NCBI GenBank assembly: GCA_965217865.1
Contig: CBDCJO010000002.1
Location: 320,001 to 384,000 of the forward strand
Reading direction: 5' to 3'
Source of the DNA: Candidatus Latescibacterota bacterium
GTDB lineage: Bacteria > Latescibacterota > UBA2968 > SICM01
DNA length: 64,000 nucleotides
Below are positions 1 to 12,735 of the stretch, in pieces. The notes below the pieces were generated by a model that was not told the DNA's origin, searched no databases, and saw only the letters and a program-made list of their open reading frames with translations. Positions within the stretch are counted from its first letter, which is position 1, and every line of letters starts with the position of its first letter. The position numbers and the translations under genes are program-made.

Positions 1-1091
1 GATTCGCACGGCAGCTCGGATATGGTTGAACTCAAGCGGATCGTGATCAAAAACGGGAGTTGATCTATACGAAGCATCCCTTGAGGAATGGACCAAACAC
101 GTTTGGTTCATTATCACTTTGTCAAGTATATAATTACCATTCAATTTCCCAGCCCGTTGGCTGCATCAAGCATACCTCCCGGGGTCGGGCCGAGGGGATC
201 GTCGGCCCTCTGCGATTCAGAAACGAACCGCCAATCCTGCCGACACCAGCCGTCCAATTTCCGGCGCCCCCACAAAAGACCGGTATTTTCGGTTCAGAAG
301 GTTGCTGGCATCCAAACTCAACGTCACACGCGCCTGCCCCATAGGAATTTCGTAGGCGGCGTTCCCATCCACCACGGCATAAGAATCCACAGGTCCGACA
401 AACACGCCCGAACTCATCGGGAATTTCCCTCGATAACGCACTTCCCCACCCAGGCTCAAACGGGTATTGGGCACTTTGTATTCGATGCCAAGGTTGAATT
501 TCCGGGTGGGCGCATTCAACGCAACATCTCCGAGGTTGTCCAGATTTGGAAACAGATCTTCGCTAACATACGAAAAGTTTCCCGTAACCGTCCAGGCATC
601 GTCGGGATAATAGGCAAAGGCCAGATCCGCGCCGTAGATCGTCACCTTGCCAAAATTTCGATAGGTCAGCATCACGGCCACTGGATCGGTTGCCTGTTCG
701 GCCGTGATGGTCCCATACGGGATTCTCGCCGTATTGGTCGTAAACGTTGTGGTCAGTTCGTCTACCACTGACCCATTTCCATTTCCACCCAGTGTGGGCG
801 CATCCAGCGCTGCCAGAGCCTCTGCCAGTTGAGCATTTGCCGGGTCCTGCAGCGCTTGACCAAACGCTGTTGACAATCCTGCGCGCAGTGACGCCGGTTC
901 CAAAAACACATTGGGGGTTTCAATCCGCAACGGCCCTACGAAGTCCCGGATTCGGGTCCGGTAGAAATCGGCAGCCAGAATCAGCTTGTTCTGCACAACC
1001 CCCTTGTAGCCTACCTCAAACGTCTCGGTGATCGTCGGATCAATTCTTTTGAGATCCTCGACGGCATTGGTCAGACTCGCCACCGGATCAA
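1..1091. repeat. Direct repeat copy 1 (3' end of the TBDR gene plus downstream DNA); partner at 12736-13826
   Basis: The two copies align at offset 12735 with about 9 substitutions found by eye. Confidence 0.95.
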
Positions 1092-1790
1092 ATTCCGTAG
1101 TTTGCAGATTCAATTTTGCCACCGCATTTTGGAGCCCCGTCAACACCGTCGGCACAATGCCTGGAAAAGCAGCCGCCAGCCCTGCGGCTTGCTGTGCAGC
1201 TTGAGCCCGTGCCTGATCGGGCGCCAAACCGGCGGCAACCATCTGCCGTGTCATCGCGCCGGTGGCCACCTGGGTCAGCTGCGGCACCAATTGAGCCAGT
1301 ACCGCCGCACGGCCAACGCTCCACATCACATTTGTGAACTGAGGATCGTGCAACGGAAAATAGTGCTCTTTGGACAACCCTGCAACCGGCGCAAACGATG
1401 ACCGGAACATCGGTAACCCGTTTCCATCCCGCCGAAACGTGAACCCTTCCGTAGACCCCTGGGTCCGCACATCAACCGCCGGATTGAACCCCAGCGACGG
1501 ACTGAAGTTCCGTCCCAGTGAAAACGCATCCGGGCTGGCCACCAGATCCAGAAACAGATTCGGGCTCGAAGGGGTACCAAAGGCCCGGTTGTACGTAAAC
1601 CGCAGTGTGTGCGCCGGACCGGGCTTGAAAACCAGAGCCGCCCGGGGCGAAAAGACCGGATCTTCAACGTGATTGTGCCCGTCCACCCGTCCGGCTAAAA
1701 CCACGTCCACCCGATCATTCAGGCTCGTCTCACTCTGAAGGTAAACGCCGTATTCGTTAACATCGTCGTCCGTTTCATTTTGCCCGTGGG
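217..1790 (-). pseudogene. TonB-dependent outer-membrane receptor, 5'-truncated (C-terminal beta-barrel part)
   Basis: ORF 217..1710 has the TBDR motifs TFEVGYKG and ASNLLNRKY and ends in VRF. The frame continues to ~1790 and then joins unrelated DNA, so there is no plug domain or signal peptide. Confidence 0.85.
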
Positions 1791-1996
1791 TTGTCGCTAT
1801 CCGATCATCGCGGTGCTGTTTGTTGTCATGTCGTCCAAGCCTCAGATACTGGCCTTGAGCCGCTTGACGACCGCCTTAACTATTTTGTCAGAATCGGAAG
1901 CGTAGTCCAACCTCGATGTTGTGGCTTTCGATCTTGGCTTCGCTCGTAATGCCATACCCCCGAGTTGCTGAAAGTCCTTGCTAGACCCTGTGTCCA

Positions 1997-3377
1997 GACA
2001 CGTTCCTGAACGCTTTGGGCGCTCAGCGTCTCCCGGATCCGACCACAGCAGGCGACTTTACACGTCGTTTCCGGCCATCGGATATCGAGACGTTGATGGA
2101 TTGCATCAACCGGGTGCGCACCCGGATCTGGAAAAAGCGCGCCAGGGGCGAACTCAAAGAAGCCCTCATCGACATCGACGGCACCCTGGCCACCACCCTC
2201 GGAGAACGCAAGCAGGGCATGGCCCTGTCATACAACGGTATCTGGGGATACCATCCTCTCGTGGTCTCTCTGGCGAACACCAAGGAGGTGTTGTTTCTTG
2301 TGAATCGACCCGGCAATGTGCCCAGCCACGACGGTGCCGTAAAGTGGATCGATCGCGCCATCGCGCTGGTCGCCCCTTTCGCCAAACGCATCTGCCTGCG
2401 CGGAGACACCGGCTTCTCACTCACCCGGCACTTCGATCGTTGGTCGGAAAAGGTCGACTTCGTCTTCGGCATGGATGCTTACCGAGGATTGGTCAAGATC
2501 TCCAAATCCCTGTCACAGAGCGATTGGGAGCCCTTTGAACGACAACCCAAATACCAGGTCAAAACCTCCCAGAGACAGAAACGCGAGAACGTGAAAGCCC
2601 GGATCATCCGGGAGCGCGGCTTCAAAAACATCCGACTTGCCAGTGAACGTGTTGCCGAGGTTTCGTATCGTCCTGCTCGATGCAAGAAGACCTGTCGACT
2701 CGTGATCCTCGAAAAGAACCTGAGCGTCGAACGCGGCGAAAACGCCCTGTTCGATGACAAGCGCTGTTTCTTCTACATTACCACTCGAAAAGATCTTGCG
2801 GCCGCGGAAATCGTGAGGCTGGCCAATGGACGGTGCGATCAGGAAAACGTGATTGAACAACTCAAGAACGGGGTCAACGCCATGCGGATGCCCGTCGACA
2901 ACCTGATGAGCAACTGGGCTTACATGGTCATGACCGCCCTGGCGTGGAACCTCAAAGCCTGGTTCGCGTTGATGATCCGAAAGCGTGAGCGTCGCGATCA
3001 ACTTCTGAGAATGGAGTTTCGCGCCTTCCTCCAGAATCTGATCTGGATCCCTTGCCAGATCGTGACCCGGGGAAGACAGATCATCTATCGTGTCTTGGGC
3101 TACAACCGGTGGATGACTGACTTCTTCCCGGCCTGGAACAGAATTAGATGGCTCAAACCGGCCTGACTGCCATGTCAGCACCTGTCGTCGTAACATCACA
3201 AGGACAAGTCCGTCCACCCCGGCTAAAACACGTCCGCAAACTCAGTTAATTAGACAATCGCATGCCGAAACAATCACAAAAACAGCCCAGACATCATCTC
3301 CACCAAGTCACAAGTCTGAAATGCTCCGAAATCTTGTATAACACACCGCTCAACAAGCCTATTCGCTTATTTTAGGG
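1997..3377 (+). mobile_element. IS1380-family element, left end missing; transposase 2015..3166
   Basis: IS1380-type DDE motifs (IDIDGT, LRGDTGF, RCDQENVIEQLKNG, LAWNL). The putative right end ...TTTTAGGG is followed by CTAG. The N-terminus is absent. Confidence 0.8.
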
Positions 3378-3379
3378 CT

Positions 3380-4510
3380 AGCAGAGTGGGTTGGTGCTAA
3401 TGCGGAGACGCTCGATCAGCTGAGAGTTGAGGGCGATGCGCAACAATGGCTCGCGGTCTTTGTCGACATCGTTGGCGAATGCTGGAGCAACCGCGCTGGA
3501 ACTGACTTGTCCCCTCTTAGCGACATGATGCCAAACCAGAACCGGCGCCTATGTTCTCCTTCGGTGCTGAAGCGTGACCAGGGCGTTCCAGAACGCCTCA
3601 AGGACATCTGTACGGACATGGAATATGACATTCACGAAGAACTCTTTCTCGGCGGGTTTGAGGAAATCGCTGATTCTCTGGAACTAGGCCATTTGGCCAA
3701 AGCATTGGCAGATGCGATTCCCGCAGGCGTGACGGAAGATGATATCGTTTCGAAAGCTGTGAAGCTCATGGGCAGCAGATTGCCGGAGGATAGAAGCTGT
3801 GCCGATGTTGCTTCGAACGTGCAGCCGGCCACCGTTCGGCTCTTGGCTCATCTTTGGGAATCCAGAAAGGAGGCCGCCGCTTCCATTGCGAGACAAGTTC
3901 CGTTGGTCGCTTCGAGCTGTCGTGCTGTACGGTGGAGTTCGGAGCGGCTGTTCATGGGGCCGGTGCGGGCATGGCCGGAATCGGCGCAACCGTTCGCCGA
4001 CGCTTATCCGCCGAATCGCGTACTGAATGATCTATACGCTGGCTCTGAGGAAAATGAGATCCCGAATGTTGCTCCGGCTCTCGCCGAGTGGGGCATGGCC
4101 GTCTCCGATCCAATCACTGATGTCACGATCGAGTTGAAAGACCGTCGGCTCGATGCACTGAGTGGGGGTGATAGGACCGGAATCGTAGTCCCAGAGGAAC
4201 GATTGAGTCAGATTGCCCTTCTTCAACCCGAAGTGCTCAACCGCTGTCAGGAAGGAATCGATCAAGCGCGCGCGCTTCTGGGTCTTGTCCTGTGCGACGT
4301 GGCGCAACGTGACCCGGCGTGGAAGGAACAGCGAACTGCAAGGGGGAGAAGGTCGAACGAGGTTGTCGAGGTTCCAATACGAGGCGCTCTTTGGCTGGCG
4401 GATCTAAAAGTGCGAGCGTGGGTGCCGCAACCGGGGGAAGATGACAAGCCTCAGAAAATGGTTGCCAACGCGGCTACGCTTAAGGACCTACTGAATCCCA
4501 TGTGGCTGAC
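3380..4510 (+). pseudogene. Internal fragment of a large hypothetical (defence-island type) protein
   Basis: Long protein-like ORF 3507..4685 that loses protein-like character after ~4510. No clear start. Confidence 0.5.
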
Positions 4511-4667
4511 GTCAGTATCCGAAATGAATCAGCGTTGCGGTACGAAGTGCCGCCAAAGATCTGGGAGTCCGGCGTGTCGATCGCCGCTTGGATCAAGGCC
4601 ATCATGGCTACCCTTTCGTAGTTGCTCGTTCCGGAGACAATTGCCGTCCTGTCGTGGCACGCTTACC

Positions 4668-6236
4668 TGGATATCTTTTGTCTGAGATCGCCCGAAAAAA
4701 CGGGGGCAAGGTCGAAGCAAGATCCTGGTTGCCTGTAGGGTTGAGAAGGGATACATATTTTGGGATATCCCTGACCTCACAGGAGGAGTAAAGATGGAGC
4801 AACTGTCCTCAAACAGTGACCCGGTCAAGAAGCGCAGGAGCTTGTCCCCGGAACAGAAGTATGAGATTTTCCTTGAAGCCAGCCGGGGAGATGTTCCCAT
4901 TGCACAGGTGCTGCGGAAATGGGGCATTCATTCCTCGGATCTAAAGCGTATTCGTGAGTCGGTCAAGTCCGGGGCCCTCAAGGAGTTCAAGGGTCGCCGG
5001 AGCCGCAAGCCGATGGTATCGGCTGAGGAGGTGGAGCAGCTGCGCAAAGAGCGGGCACGCCTGGAGCAAACGATCATTGAGCAATCTGTGGAACTTTCCC
5101 TGCTAAAAAAAAGTGTGAATGGGATCTGACAGGCCCGATCAAGGGCCACCGGGTGCAAGCTGAGGTCAAACGCGAGATCCTCTTAATGGTCCATCGGGCC
5201 AAGGAGAAAGGGGTGAAACTCACCCGTTCTTGCGAGATCCTACAGCTTCCCCTCCAGCGGTATTGTGCCTGGAGCCGGCGAGATCGAGAAGAGAAGCTGG
5301 ATGGGGTGTCGGACCCGCTTTTGGATGGGAAGCCCGGGCCCGCCCCTGATAAGGCCCCACACGGATTGCTGAGGGAGGAGAAAGAGCAAATCCCGGCCCT
5401 CTTAAGGGATGAGACCTATGCCGATCTGCCTCCCCATCAGCTGGCGGTGGTAGCCTCAGAGAAGGGGGTAGTGCAGGCCTCGGCCTCCAGCTTCTACCGA
5501 CAGGCCAGGAAAGAACGTCTGGCACGCAGGAAACAGGTGAGGACGCCGGTCAAGCAGAGCAAGCCCCAGGTCAAACCTGAAGGTCCTAATCAGGTCTGGA
5601 GCTGGGACCTGACCTACATCCCATTTTTCGGTTTGTTCCTGTATTTTACCGCCATTCTCGACGTGTATTCCAGGAAGATCGTAGGATGGAAGCTCTCCTT
5701 CAACGCGACCGTGGAGCAGGTCAAACAGGCCTGGGATCAAGCCCTTGCCAACGAAGGACTGCTGGACCTGGACACTGGGCCCATAAGCTTGACAGCCCTC
5801 TCAGATCACGGATCTCAGATGAAGGCCAAATCGATGGCCCAATTCTTCAAGGACCTGGGCATCTCGCAGCTGTTTGCCCGATATCAAACACCCACGGACA
5901 ACGCCTGGATCGAAGCCTTTTTCCGGACATTCAAATACGACTGGCTGCGCTTCCAGGACATCTTCACATTCCATCAACTGGAAGGCCTGATTGATTCCTT
6001 CATTCACAGCTACAACGCCGAACGCTATCACGGGGCAATACAGTATGTCACGCCTCTTCAGAGGCATAAAGGCCAGCATCAAAAGATTCTTCACCACCGA
6101 CAAGGTCGAAAGGAGGAGGCTCGGCAGCGCCGCATAGAAATCAATCGGCAAAGAACATCCCAGACCATCCACAAGGCTGCCTGAATCTTGCTTGGACCTT
6201 TATCTACTTTTCTCTTGTTATCTCAGAATAGATACA
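4668..6236 (+). mobile_element. IS3-family element (orfA 4794..5129, orfB 5153..6184)
   Basis: Imperfect terminal IRs TG..ATCT..TCTGAGAT. HTH orfA, an A-run slippery site at ~5105, and rve motifs WSWDLTY, SDHGSQ, NAWIEAFF. Confidence 0.88.
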
Positions 6237-6980
6237 AATTGTCGTAGGCAATGGCGTTTAACGATTTCACGGTGCGCAGCCAGGTTGCCCGAAGGGGCAA
6301 GGCGCGAATGCGCCGCAGCGAAAACCGATGAGTTATGTGGTGTGCCAATGTTACCAGTTTCACATCTTCTTTGTGCCGGACAAGAACAAGAACAGAGGAA
6401 TTCCGATGCGACCCGGGCCGGACCCGGCCCCCTAGAAGTGTCCTTCACGTTCCAGCCCGGAAACGCCCCCCCTGTTTCACTTGGTGGATGAGCGCCACGT
6501 TACAGCGTGACTGGCTGGAGACGAGCCCCGTCCGTCGTAGCCGACCCGCTCGATGAGCAGCCGGAGGCTCCGGGCCTGCTCCCTCGGGGCCAGCGCCGCC
6601 CAGACCGGGGTCGAAGACCTCCGCATCCGACCTTTCAAGTCCTTCTCCGGGAAACAGATCGCCAGATTTTGAGGGCGCAGGGTGGCTCATGGCGATTGAG
6701 AGATGAAAACTTGTGGAATTTGATTCCGTTGGGAGATTTCTGGCGTGGGTCAGTGGCGAACTCGAGACAGCGTTGAGGGCACAGATCCGGCCCGTTGTGC
6801 AACTATTCTTTCTGAATCCGGGAAAAGGGGGACGCGACCTCCACAAAACGGGCGGCACGGCACAGACGGCACGTGGGCGAAGTGAGAAGGTCCCGGTCCC
6901 GTGGATTTGCGGCCCGGGACCTCACTCGTGATCGGGGTCGAGCATCTCGAGAGCCCGAGCTTCAGCTTCCTCGCGAGTCA

Positions 6981-7268
<288 letters not shown>

Positions 7269-7487
7269 CTAGATTTATGAGCTCTTTGTTTGTTAACTCC
7301 TTTATAAGCTTTTCACTATTCGAATAAACAATGTGCCTGAATACCCTTATTAATTGCAGAAGCATCACATAATCAATATCTACGGCTGGGGATTTGCAAC
7401 CCTTTTGCAACCCAAGTTAAAAGGGGCTACAGTCTAGCTGCTGTAACTCCTTGTTTATATTGGTCGGGATTAGCACAATCCTGTCGG

Positions 7488-7795
7488 GTCATGCACCGTA
7501 CTTACCTTCCCCCGCTGGGCACGGCTGAAGTAGAGGCTCTTCCCTCCGGTGGGGTTCTGTTGCCACACCATTACCGGTACTATTACCTCATCCGACTTCT
7601 TATACAGCATCCCTCCAGACTTCACGTCTCGTCGCTTATCCAGAGGTTATCGTGGATGTGGCCTCCGACTGAGACCTCCCTTGTTCCATCATCTACCGTA
7701 CCACATTCCGTTCACCCGACGCCGGGGAGTCCTTCGAGGCTGCATCTCCAGAGTCTTCGCCTCTTCCGTGGCCTTCACCTACGCGGACTTACACC
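7488..7795 (-). mobile_element. Group II intron 5' fragment (domain I-III-like RNA), no RT ORF
   Basis: The reverse complement has intron-like segments (GGATGAGGTAATAGTACCG, GGAGGGAAGAGCCTCTACTT, CTCCCCGGCGT). Recognised by resemblance only. Confidence 0.6.
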
Positions 7796-7851
7796 GGTTA
7801 GCAGATGATGATTTCAAGGCACACGAGCGTGATATTATGCGCCGGCTCAGA

Positions 7852-8664
7852 TCACTCGGTCACATCACAGACGAAACATAGAATGCCACTCATTCCATCA
7901 TCTTCTTTCTCCTCATAGTCCACAAAAACGTTCGGCGAGAGACCTGCCTCCACGAAAAGGGAGATGTAATCACCTTTGAGCATCGCAGGAGCCTCAAAAG
8001 GGAATTCCTCAATGGTTTCTCTGCCAGCTGTGTCTATGGTTTTATAAATCATTGCCCCCCTTATCAGTTTTTCCTCTTTTATAAGTCGCCTTTCAATCTT
8101 CCGTGTCACCACGCCACCGGTGGTTGGATGCCGCATTGGATCTGACCAAGGGACATTTCTACGATCGTCTATGAACTCAGTGGGATCAAAGCGACGTACG
8201 GTCACAAGAACTTTTCCGTTTGTCTGTAGGTGATCTCGGACGCATTTCAAGCATGAACGCTGTTCGTCTTTGCTCTTCAGCTCTCGAAATGAATTGTCCG
8301 CGATAAGAATAAGGCAAAATATCTGATTAAAACGAAAGTTAGACATATCCATACTGCATACCTGAATACGCTCCTGTATCTCAATAGGCAGTTGAGAGAT
8401 CCGCTCGTTGGCTAGATTGAGCATAGCGCTTGATAAGTCAATGCCTACGACATTATCGCTCTCCTTGGCGAGGCAAGTCAGCAATCTTCCTGTGCCACAG
8501 GCCAACTCAAGCACAGGACCACCTGTCTTATATAAGAATCTCTTGTACCAATCCACTTCTTGTTTGCTCAACGGACAATGATGTTCATAATCCCAGCCGA
8601 AGAGCTCATAGCGTTTTAGATCGGTTTGCCGTTTCTGCTGAGCCTTACGAGTCCTTGCTTTCAT
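7852..8664 (-). CDS. Class I SAM-dependent methyltransferase
   Basis: VLELACGTGR motif I, GIDLSSAML, and a GGAGGT RBS upstream. Apparently complete. Confidence 0.85.
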   Translation of the reverse strand: MKARTRKAQQKRQTDLKRYELFGWDYEHHCPLSKQEVDWYKRFLYKTGGPVLELACGTGRLLTCLAKESDNVVGIDLSSAMLNLANERISQLPIEIQERIQVCSMDMSNFRFNQIFCLILIADNSFRELKSKDEQRSCLKCVRDHLQTNGKVLVTVRRFDPTEFIDDRRNVPWSDPMRHPTTGGVVTRKIERRLIKEEKLIRGAMIYKTIDTAGRETIEEFPFEAPAMLKGDYISLFVEAGLSPNVFVDYEEKEDDGMSGILCFVCDVTE

Positions 8665-9578
8665 CTCTACCTCCGGGCATTGGGTTTTGCGTGATGGTCT
8701 GTAGCTTAACCAAAAGACTATTTGTAATTGAAGCCATCAAGCATCCATCTCAAGAGATCTTAGGCGAATTCTGCCCGAATTCTATAGCCCATACATCGAT
8801 AGGCCTTGGCTATATAGAGTAAGCCAAGGCCAGCGTCTGTGTGTTTCAGGGGATACATCTCTTGTTTCGACGAACTGTACTACAAACTTGCGAAATGTTG
8901 TTTCGTTCAAAGGATCAAGCGTCCCAGGTATTTTCGTATTGCAGCGATGAAAATAACCGCCCGATTCAAGATCTCAGGCGAATAGATTTTGTGCCAACCC
9001 CCCACTCGCAATTACGTACTGCGGGCTCTCATTTGGCAGGAAATAGGTCTCGGAAATGAATACATATAAGATCTGGAGGCCTTATTGTTGCTGTCCCTTT
9101 ACACTCGAGCGGTTCCCTTCGGGCTTCTTCGAGATATCTTTTCATAAAGTTATCTATATTCTTGCTATTTTTCTCCAGTACTGAGCTAATATCCGTGCTG
9201 GGATGGAAAGTCGAGTTCTGAGTAAAAGGTAGAAATACCTTACTATTACTTCCTTATTTTCGCGATGACCCAGAGAGAATCACCCATTTTCTCTAAAAAA
9301 TTCGATTGGATACTTACAATTATTCAAATTTACAATGTAATGTTTTAATACATTTACCTGATTCTGACTCCCATAATTTTATTGCCTCGCGCACGATCTC
9401 TCTGACCTTCTCGGGCGTGGTAAGTCCGCCCAGATTGAGGAACTTCACAATTGCCTCCAGACCGCCTACTGGATTGGACATTGAGCACATGTGACATACT
9501 TTTCATTACGTTTCAATACAGAGCAAAGGACCACTATAAGTCTCGGAGCAGTGCCTTAGTTAGCATGCCAGAACTAAT

Positions 9579-9740
9579 ATGGGAATACGCATCCAACCCC
9601 GTGAAATCGACGTACCTAAAAACGATCCCTTCAAGAACAACCTCCTCGGGCGGAAGGAGTCGGTAGAGGTCCTCATCCACCTCATTGGTAATCTCGAAGG
9701 TCCATGTGTCCTGGCGGTCGATGCCGCATGGGGGACCGGA
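9579..9740 (+). pseudogene. KAP-family P-loop NTPase, N-terminal fragment
   Basis: DPFKNNLLGR...VLAVDAAWGTG, broken inside Walker A. Confidence 0.75.
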
Positions 9741-9954
9741 TTCGAACGGTGTATGTGGATTTATCAGGCGAATTGCAGGCGAACACGGTATGTCTTGCCA
9801 AAGCCTCAGAGCCTCAATTCGAACTCGCTACGACGTCATCAATTCGGCTTTCGCGGCCGGAAGTGTTCCGCAAGACGGGCGAGGTCAATCAATAGGGTTG
9901 CATAGGTGCTACGCCAACAATACCCGGTAGTATGCCGTCAGAGACGCACTTGGC

Positions 9955-10932
9955 ATGAACGGATTTCGAAAAAGAACAGTCAATGAAGTCGCAGACATGA
10001 TTTGCGGCAATGAAAGCGATCACTTCACCTATAGAAGTAGCTTCTATTTGTCGGAGTTCTTCGAAGACTGTGACATGGAGCAATATGTTCACGACGGCTC
10101 CACCCGGAAATGGTGGGTTGCGAGCGTCCTCAACGAGATTCTGAAAGAGCCGGGTGGCAACCCTGCTCTGCCTGGGACGGGTTTTCAAACTGTCATCCAG
10201 GTTTTGATGGATCGCGCGGACCACACCGAGGACGACCCTGAACGTGAGGCTGCGCTGGCGGAACTAAACGTGACGCTCGCTCGCGAGGGGCTTAAAGCGT
10301 TCTACGCCGAGGACAACCGCTGTTACATACGCAACACCAAGACTGGCGAAGAGGCCCGACCCGGCCCGGTCGTGGACCGCGCCTTGTCCAAGGACGAGAT
10401 TGATCGCCGCCGCCGCCTCGAGTCTTACATGGATGCGGCGAGCGAGGACGATATCACCGAGAAGGTGATTCTTCCACTTCTCCAAACACTCCGATTTCAG
10501 AGGATTTCAATCGCTGGCCACAAGGACAAGACAATGGAGTTCGGCAAAGATCTATGGATGAAGCATCGCCTGCCCACCGGACACTGGCTCTACTTTGGCC
10601 TGCAGGTGAAGCGCGGAAAGATAGATGTGACCGCGAGAACCAAGAATGAAAACGTCGCGGAGGTCCACCGCCAGATCACCATGATGCTCGGACATCAGAT
10701 ATTTGATCCGGACATCAACAAGAAACAGCTCGTAGATCATGCAATCATCGTGGCCGGTGGCGAAATCACCAAGCAGGCCAAACATTGGCTCGCAGAAAGG
10801 CTGGACGCCTCGCAGCGGAGTCAGATCCTGTTCACGGATCGGGCTGACATTCTTCACCTATTCGTCGTCCACAACGTTCCAATGCCGGACGACGAGCGCA
10901 CCGAGGAGTTCGATGACGACATTCCATTTTGA
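9955..10932 (+). CDS. Restriction endonuclease-like (Mrr/PD-(D/E)XK) protein
   Basis: C-terminal EFGKD...GLQVKR nuclease-like motif. Complete 325 aa ORF. Confidence 0.65.
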   Translation: MNGFRKRTVNEVADMICGNESDHFTYRSSFYLSEFFEDCDMEQYVHDGSTRKWWVASVLNEILKEPGGNPALPGTGFQTVIQVLMDRADHTEDDPEREAALAELNVTLAREGLKAFYAEDNRCYIRNTKTGEEARPGPVVDRALSKDEIDRRRRLESYMDAASEDDITEKVILPLLQTLRFQRISIAGHKDKTMEFGKDLWMKHRLPTGHWLYFGLQVKRGKIDVTARTKNENVAEVHRQITMMLGHQIFDPDINKKQLVDHAIIVAGGEITKQAKHWLAERLDASQRSQILFTDRADILHLFVVHNVPMPDDERTEEFDDDIPF

Positions 10933-11526
10933 AGGTACTTAAGCGTCAAGTATATAAGCACCAATAAAATAGCTGAATAGCTAGACACTTAGGAGGACAA
11001 ATGAGCATCCGCATAGACGTTCAAATGGACCACGGAAGCGAGTCGACACGGTACGTCGCAACGGCCACGGAGGATGGGAAGCACCTGCACGAAGTCGAGA
11101 AGAACGGCGCCCGGAAGTCTGCGACGAGGTGTTCAGGGAGATGGCAGCGTGGTTATTGATGTGTTGCATTACGAGCCAGATCCGGAGGTTGAGCTGGAGC
11201 TAGACCTTATGTATTGACGAGTATATGAAAGACCTCCTTCTCAGTACGAAACAACATGCGCCTGTATCGCCTTTCGTGGCGGCTGACAGGAGAAGCGCGA
11301 AAAACCAGGGAATTCGCTCCTCTTGCATGTCCTTCCCAAACCGCCCAACGAGCCGCTCGAACATCGGAAAGCGTCGGCGCAATTCGTCGACAAGCTCCCG
11401 CTGATCGTTACTCGCTAAACCGCTACTCACCCGCATTGCCTCACGCTTTCCGATGTCCCGGTCTCCGTCGGCTTTTACGTTTAAATAACCATAAATCCTA
11501 CAACATATTGGGGAAGCGCGTCTCAT

Positions 11527-11900
11527 TCAGAATGACACTTTGGGGGTCAGGAACAGCGTGCGTCCCCGGACGGAATCCAGCGTCTCGTCTGCGCCAGCCT
11601 GGCCAGGGACCGTGGAATCGGTGGACGGACCGCGATTGCCGACATTGAGGATGCCGCCCTCGAGGTCCATCCCGCCCAAGCCGAACGCATCGTGCCAGCG
11701 GAACGTGATATCGTGTCCCATCCACGCTTTATAGCGGGCGGTTCCAAGCGTATTCCAACAGCCCGAAACCAGCGTGGACGCTCCATTTCACGGTGAAGCC
11801 GCTCCTGCTCGCGCGAAGCGATGCATTGACGTGATCGTGCGGGTAGTCGCCCGGTTGTATCTCGCCGGCCACCCGGTTCTCGTATCGGGTCAAGCGCGAC
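11527..11900 (-). pseudogene. TonB-dependent receptor C-terminal fragment (frameshifted)
   Basis: GGILNVGNRGP...RGRTLFLTPKVSF is a TBDR-like C-terminus. Confidence 0.5.
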
Positions 11901-11919
11901 CAGGAGGCAGCAAAGGCCA

Positions 11920-12050
11920 GGAGGCGGGCTTCGACGTGCCGCGCCAGGGCAAGAACTACGTGACCGCCCACGACCCGGACAGTGGGAAGCGGTGGCGGCT
12001 GAAAGGAGCGCTGTACGAGCATGACTTCCAACGCGAACGATTTGAGCGCC
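11920..12050 (+). pseudogene. Relaxase/mobilisation protein fragment
   Basis: GFDVPRQGKNYVTAHDPDSGKRWRLKGALYE resembles MbeA-type relaxases. Confidence 0.5.
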
Positions 12051-12489
12051 CGATGGCGCGCCTGGGGGATCCCAGTGCGATGCGGGGCGGGCATGGTGGC
12101 CCTGCAAACCCTCCTCGCGCTCTACCGCTTTGGAGACAGCACGGCCCTGCTGCAGTTGGTGAATCCGCTGATGTGGATCGGGCTGGGTCTGTTCTTCGTC
12201 ACGGGCTGGGTCATTGGCTGGGTGGTGGAACGCCTTCTCCGCGGCACGACCGGTCGGTTCCGCACGCTGCTGCTGGGCGCGACGTTCCTGGCCACCCCCG
12301 TGGCGGTCGCCGGGAGCCTCGTGGGGGGGCTATTCGGCCCTCCGGGGGTCCTGCTCTATGGCCTGATCCCGTATCTCCTCCTGGTGGGGATTCCCAGACT
12401 GATTGGGGTCGTGTGGACCCGGCATGGCTCCTGAGCTTCCGGAAGCAGAGTACGAACAACTCGAGGCGGTGTAGGACCTCCCACCAGTT

Positions 12490-12680
12490 GGACCGCCCTC
12501 CTGATTCTGAACGAACCTGGGCTGGCCAAGCGACGCTGGACGAGGACCTTGCGCGGTTCCCATACGTCAATGGCCGGTTGTTCGAGGAGCCGCTACGCAT
12601 CCCGGCCTTCAACGCAGAGATGCGGACGGCGTTGCTGGACGCTTGCCGTTTCGACTGGTCGAACATCTCACCCGCCATCA
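12490..12680 (+). pseudogene. MmeI-like type IIL restriction-methyltransferase fragment
   Basis: FPYVNGRLFEE...ACRFDWSNISPAI is characteristic of MmeI/YeeA family proteins. Confidence 0.75.
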
Positions 12681-12735
12681 TCTTGCGGCGCTGAAATTTG
12701 CATCAGCTTCCCCACCAAGCCCCCAGAGCATCGAG

